A DNA stretch of 64,000 nt from an uncultured Dehalococcoidia bacterium. Lineage in GTDB: Bacteria; Chloroflexota; Dehalococcoidia; Lucifugimonadales; UBA3495. The stretch's first letter is position 1; every line of letters starts with the position of its first letter. Positions 59,601 to 64,000 of this stretch are shown piece after piece. Made by a program: the position numbers and the translations under genes. The stretch lies in contig CATMOE010000001.1 of assembly GCA_950072105.1 (NCBI GenBank), positions 64,001-128,000 of the forward strand, given 5' to 3'. The notes beneath the pieces were generated by a model. It was not told where the DNA came from. It was given only the letters and a program-made list of their open reading frames with translations, and ran no database searches.

Positions 59601-59736
59601 CAGCCAGCGGTCAGCTGTCAGATGTCAGGAAGGACGCCTAACCATTGACGATTACCGTCATCACCGATAGACTTAGCGGGCAATCAACGATCAGCGGAAT
59701 CCGGTCAAGAAAGCTGATCGCTGACGGCTGATAGCT
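59599..59736. repeat. Inverted pair of GCTGANN heptamer arrays flanking a short spacer
   Basis: 59599-59628 reads (CTGACA/CTGACC...) on the minus strand; 59713-59736 reads GCTGATC GCTGACG GCTGATA GCT on the plus strand. Confidence 0.65.
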
Positions 59737-59752
59737 TAAAGCCACGGACGTT

Positions 59753-60448
59753 ATGGCTCGAATATTCGACCTTCATATCCACACCACCAAGGGCAGCAGC
59801 GATAGCAATCTTTCCCCGGAAGACCTGATTCTGGAAGCCGAACGGCTGGGCCTGCGAGGCCTTTGCATCACCGAGCACAGCGGCCCCTGGGACCCACATG
59901 AATTCCGCCGATTTGCCGACCGTCACAACGTTGTATTAGTGCGGGCCATGGAAGTAGAAACCGACATGGGACACATGCTGGCTTTCGGTATGGACACTTA
60001 CCAACCGGGGTTCCATAAAGCGGAATTGCTGAGCAAAGCATCAAAAGCGACGGGCGGATTTGTTATAACCGCTCATCCTTTTCGGGCCGTATTCAGCCGG
60101 CCGAAGTTCAACCGCCCTTTGCTTTACAAGTCGGTGGACGATGTACTCCCGGAGCAACCGGAAGACGCCCTCGACCATCCCGTATTTAAACTGGTAAATG
60201 CCGTAGAGGTTGCCAACGGTGGGACCGTGGCTGAGGAGAACGGCTTCGCCATGAAAGTCGCCGGCGCCCTCAACCTGCCGGCCACCGGAGGCAGCGACGC
60301 CCATTCGGTTCATGGCCTGGGCCTTTTCGTAACGGCCTTCCGTGACGAGATCAACAACGAAGAAGAATTCCTGGCGGCCCTCCATGCCGGAGCATTCTAT
60401 CCGGCAGTCGGGCTTCGCACCGGGAATCTTCAGCCCTATACGGCTTAG
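59753..60448 (+). CDS. PHP-domain phosphoesterase
   Basis: DLHIHT, ITEH, AHPFR, GGSDAH. Confidence 0.88.
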   Translation: MARIFDLHIHTTKGSSDSNLSPEDLILEAERLGLRGLCITEHSGPWDPHEFRRFADRHNVVLVRAMEVETDMGHMLAFGMDTYQPGFHKAELLSKASKATGGFVITAHPFRAVFSRPKFNRPLLYKSVDDVLPEQPEDALDHPVFKLVNAVEVANGGTVAEENGFAMKVAGALNLPATGGSDAHSVHGLGLFVTAFRDEINNEEEFLAALHAGAFYPAVGLRTGNLQPYTA

Positions 60449-60583
60449 ATCGTAGCTGGGTTAATAACCGTCTCGGTGGACTAAAGCGGTTGGTTGAGGA
60501 CGGCGTCCTCAGCTCGGTGGGAGAGGCTAACTCGGCGTTCAGTTTGTCTCGTGATGAAGGGGGTACCGGGAGGACCGGCAAAC

Positions 60584-63421
60584 ATGTCATTACTTTCTCA
60601 GACCATTTCGCCTTTTGAGCAGATCTGCGTGGCGCTGGACCTGGAAACAACAGGCCTGGACGAAAATCGGGACACCATCATCGAGGTGGGCGCGGTCAAG
60701 TTCCAGGGCGAAGAGATCATCGACACCTTCCAGACCTTTGTGAACCCCGGGCGAAACATTCCCGAGTTCATCCAGCGTCTCACCCATATATCTCCCAGCC
60801 AGGTTGCCCGAGCCCCCTTCTTCGGCGCCATCGCCGCTGAAGTGGAGGAGTTTGTCGGCGAACACCCGGTGGTCGGCCACAACGTGAACTTCGACTTGAG
60901 GTTCTTGGCCTCCCACGGGTTGACCCTGAACAATCCCACTTACGACACCTGGGACCTGGCATCCATGTTGCTCCCCAATACCATGCAATACTCCTTGGCG
61001 TTTCTCACCACCCATCTGAACGTGTCGCATATCAAGCCCCATCGCGCCTTGGACGATGCCAAGGCAACCCAGGGCGTCTTTGTCGCCTTGCTGCGCCGGG
61101 CCGCCGAGATGGACCCGGGACTGGTGTCGTACATCGTCGGCCTGGCCACCCGAAGCCGATGGTCCATCGCTCCCCTATTGCAAGGGTTAGACCAGGATGT
61201 AACCTCTTCTGCGCCATCGGCCGTGGGGATGACCGGCCTGGACCTTGAAGCCATCGCCAACCGCTTGAGCCGGCCCGAGAAACGTCAAGCCGCCAGCAGG
61301 CTAAGTTCCCTAGATGAAGAACGAATCGCCGGTTTCCTCGGTCCCAAGGGACCTTTTGCCCAAGCGTTCTCCGGGTTTGAGCATCGTCCGGAACAAGAGG
61401 AAATGCTGGCCAGCGTCACTCGGGCCATCTACCAAGGCCGCCATCTGGTGGTGGAGGGCGGCACCGGCGTCGGCAAGTCCATGGCCTACCTGCTCCCGGC
61501 GGTCCTCTACGCCGTAACCCACGGCGGCAGGGTAGTGGTTTCCACCAACACCATCAATCTGCAGGAACAATTGTTAAAAAAGGACATTCCCGCAGTGGTC
61601 CAGATTTTGGAGGGCGCCGGACTAGTGGACGAGGGAGTGATTCAAGCAGCTTCGTTGAAGGGCCGCAGCAACTACCTTTGTCTGAAACGCTGGAACTACT
61701 TGGCCCGCAGTGATAGCCCCAGCGTCGACGACGCCAGACTCCTGGGCAAGACCGGGGTTTGGCTTCAGGACACCCTCACCGGCGACCGTAGCGAGATCAA
61801 CCTGTCAGGACGGGACGCATTCACCTGGAGCAAGGTTTCCGCGGGAGAAAAGGGATGGTGCCCCGGTCTAAGAGACGGCAGTCCCTGCTTCTTGAGGGCC
61901 GCCAGGGAGCGGGCCGAACAGGCCCATATCATCGTGGTAAACCATGCTCTCTTGATGTCCGACTTGGTTCGGGGCGGGAGTTTGATCCCCGATTATCAAC
62001 ATCTGATCATCGACGAAGCCCACAACCTGGAGGACCAAGCAACCAGCCAATTGGCATTTGAGATTTCCTCGGATCATCTGGAAGAAGCCATAGAAAACCT
62101 CAGTCGATTGACGCTGGAACTGAGAATGGCTCTTCGGGCCGAAGGACCGGCTCCGGCAGTTCGGTCGGAAGGAGAAAAAGTAGCGGCCGAAGTTGAAGAA
62201 AAGCCGCCACGGTTACGAGAACTTTGGGCCAGACTCTGGGCTTCCGGAGAACGTTACCTGCAAGAGCAGCGTCGTCATAACTCTGACGACCAGTCCCCAG
62301 TGTTACTCACTCAAGACGACCGCACCACCCAGATCTGGGAAGATTTATCTCTGGCTTGGGAAAACCTGGATGTAGCGTTACTACAAACCATCCAGGGCGT
62401 TTCCAGGATGCACCGCTTCTTGGACACCACCGAATTGCCTGGGGCGGGTGATCAACCTTCCTTGGTGATGGAAGCCGGACAGATGCAAGACAACCTGGAC
62501 CAATTGCGGGACCGGTTAGGGTCGATACTTGGCCCGCCCAACGATGACCTGATTCTTTGGATCGCCCGCGGTCAGGGAAGAACCGAGATCAGCTTCAACG
62601 CTGCGCCCCTCGACGTTGCTCCAACCCTGGAAGACCAACTCTTCGGCAAGAAAGAGAGCGTGGTATTGACCAGCGCCACCCTTAGCACCGACGGTAACTT
62701 CGACTATCTGCGTAGGCGGTCCGGTGTGCCCGCCGACAGTGATGAGTTGCTTGTTGGGTCGCCCTTCGATTACCAGAGAGCAGCCCTATTATTGATCCCC
62801 GAGGATATGCCTCAACCCAACTCCGACGGTTATATCCAAGCCATCTCCCAGGTCTTGATTGACCTTGCCCGGTCCCTTGGCGGCCACACCATGGCCCTCT
62901 TTACTTCTTATTCGTCCCTTCGCGGGGTCAGCCAGAGAGTGCGAGAAGCGCTGCAAGCCCACGACATCGGAGTGATGGCCCAGAGTATCGACGGCTCGGC
63001 GCCCCAACTCATGACCCGGTTCGCCGAAAACCCGAATAACCTGTTGCTGGGCGCCAGCAGTTTCTGGGAAGGGGTGGACATGCCCAACGGCGCGGTCAAG
63101 GCTCTGGTCCTGACTCGCCTTCCGTTCCAAGTACCCACCGACCCTATAGTCCGCTCCCGATCGGCACAGTACGAGGACCCGTTCAAGGAGTATTCCATTC
63201 CTCAAGCGGTGCTCAAGTTCCGGCAGGGGATCGGCCGGTTGATCCGCAGCAAAGAAGACCGGGGAACCATCGTCGTGTTGGATAAGCGAATATCCGGTCG
63301 GTCCTATGGAAAGTCCTTCCTCAAGTCCATACCTGAATGTACGACGCTACCAAGCAATCTGGGGACGGTGGGCACATTGGCGGCCCACTGGATGGGAGGT
63401 GACCGTGCAAATCGTTCCTGA
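60584..63421 (+). CDS. dinG: DnaQ-type 3'-5' exonuclease / DinG family helicase fusion
   Basis: DLETTG...GHNVNFD...HRALDDA; EGGTGVGKS, IIDEAH, SATL, QGIGRLIR. Confidence 0.92.
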   Translation: MSLLSQTISPFEQICVALDLETTGLDENRDTIIEVGAVKFQGEEIIDTFQTFVNPGRNIPEFIQRLTHISPSQVARAPFFGAIAAEVEEFVGEHPVVGHNVNFDLRFLASHGLTLNNPTYDTWDLASMLLPNTMQYSLAFLTTHLNVSHIKPHRALDDAKATQGVFVALLRRAAEMDPGLVSYIVGLATRSRWSIAPLLQGLDQDVTSSAPSAVGMTGLDLEAIANRLSRPEKRQAASRLSSLDEERIAGFLGPKGPFAQAFSGFEHRPEQEEMLASVTRAIYQGRHLVVEGGTGVGKSMAYLLPAVLYAVTHGGRVVVSTNTINLQEQLLKKDIPAVVQILEGAGLVDEGVIQAASLKGRSNYLCLKRWNYLARSDSPSVDDARLLGKTGVWLQDTLTGDRSEINLSGRDAFTWSKVSAGEKGWCPGLRDGSPCFLRAARERAEQAHIIVVNHALLMSDLVRGGSLIPDYQHLIIDEAHNLEDQATSQLAFEISSDHLEEAIENLSRLTLELRMALRAEGPAPAVRSEGEKVAAEVEEKPPRLRELWARLWASGERYLQEQRRHNSDDQSPVLLTQDDRTTQIWEDLSLAWENLDVALLQTIQGVSRMHRFLDTTELPGAGDQPSLVMEAGQMQDNLDQLRDRLGSILGPPNDDLILWIARGQGRTEISFNAAPLDVAPTLEDQLFGKKESVVLTSATLSTDGNFDYLRRRSGVPADSDELLVGSPFDYQRAALLLIPEDMPQPNSDGYIQAISQVLIDLARSLGGHTMALFTSYSSLRGVSQRVREALQAHDIGVMAQSIDGSAPQLMTRFAENPNNLLLGASSFWEGVDMPNGAVKALVLTRLPFQVPTDPIVRSRSAQYEDPFKEYSIPQAVLKFRQGIGRLIRSKEDRGTIVVLDKRISGRSYGKSFLKSIPECTTLPSNLGTVGTLAAHWMGGDRANRS

Positions 63422-64000
63422 ACAACCGTTGGACATGGTAGCCAGTCTGGAGAGCGGGCAAGCCCACCGCTGGAAAAAGGAGGACGGCTGGCACACCAGT
63501 GTCGTCCAAGGCAACTACATCAAGATACGCCAGACGGACGATTACATCGAGTACCATTGCGCGCCCAACTCGGAAGAGTCGATACTGCCCCTGATGCGCA
63601 GCTATTTCAGGATGGATGACGATCTGGACGACGTCTACTCTGAAATCACCCGGGACGACCGGGTCGCCACCATGGTGGACCGTTACCCTGGGCTGCGGCT
63701 GCTGCGCCAGGAGCCTTGGGAATGTTTCATCGCGTTCATCACCTCCGCCAACTCCAATATCCCCCGTATTCACCAGGGGATGGAAAAAATGGCGGCGAGC
63801 TATGGCAACCCGATCTATATGGACGGGTCAGTGCGTCATGCCTTCCCCAATCCGGAGCAACTGGCCGGCGCCGGGGAGATGGGATTGCGCCAACTGGGTC
63901 TGGGATTCAGAGCGCCCTACGTAGACCAAGCGGCAAAACTAGTCGCCGAAGCCCGTCTGAACCTGGACGTTCTGGTAGACCTGCCCTATGAAGACGCCAA
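63405..64000 (+). CDS. ogg: 8-oxoguanine DNA glycosylase (OGG1-like), truncated by the window end; not in the ORF track
   Basis: GTG start overlapping the dinG end; LESGQAHRW, GLRLLRQEPWE, SANSNIPRI, FPNPEQL, LGLGFRA. Confidence 0.85.
   Translation, partial: MQIVPEQPLDMVASLESGQAHRWKKEDGWHTSVVQGNYIKIRQTDDYIEYHCAPNSEESILPLMRSYFRMDDDLDDVYSEITRDDRVATMVDRYPGLRLLRQEPWECFIAFITSANSNIPRIHQGMEKMAASYGNPIYMDGSVRHAFPNPEQLAGAGEMGLRQLGLGFRAPYVDQAAKLVAEARLNLDVLVDLPYEDA

Noticed and set aside
63616..63991. ORFs 63616..63924 and 63716..63991
   Set aside because: Wrong frames; the real CDS is the open-ended OGG1 frame starting at 63405

Overview
Core-genome region of a GC-rich bacterium. The gene content (Chlor_Arch_YYY/DUF2298 glycosyltransferase, LLM oxidoreductase, stand-alone xanthine-dehydrogenase-family subunit, 'EVTR.VEV' lipoproteins, 11-subunit complex I) suggests Chloroflexota, probably Dehalococcoidia/SAR202-like; this is inference. 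Housekeeping genes include lhr, leuS, a ktr/trk K+ operon with pheA, gap, eno, nuoABC-D-H-I-J-K-L-M-N (no nuoEFG in the window), trmD, a dinG-exonuclease fusion and a partial ogg1. There are many catabolic hydrolases and oxidoreductases and several families of short palindromic or tandem repeats. I saw no rRNA, tRNA, CRISPR array or transposase. Most notable: (1) a DUF3179 lipoprotein split by an in-frame UGA in a UxxC motif with a SECIS-like hairpin, a probable selenoprotein missed by ORF calling; (2) two tandem di-cupredoxin lipoproteins fused to different hydrolase domains, one broken by two small frameshifting deletions; (3) two paralogous HicB-fold orphans inserted between nuoC and nuoD; (4) two candidate structured RNA leaders, upstream of ktrB and of a flavin reductase. 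All calls come from motif recognition by eye; no database searches were run.
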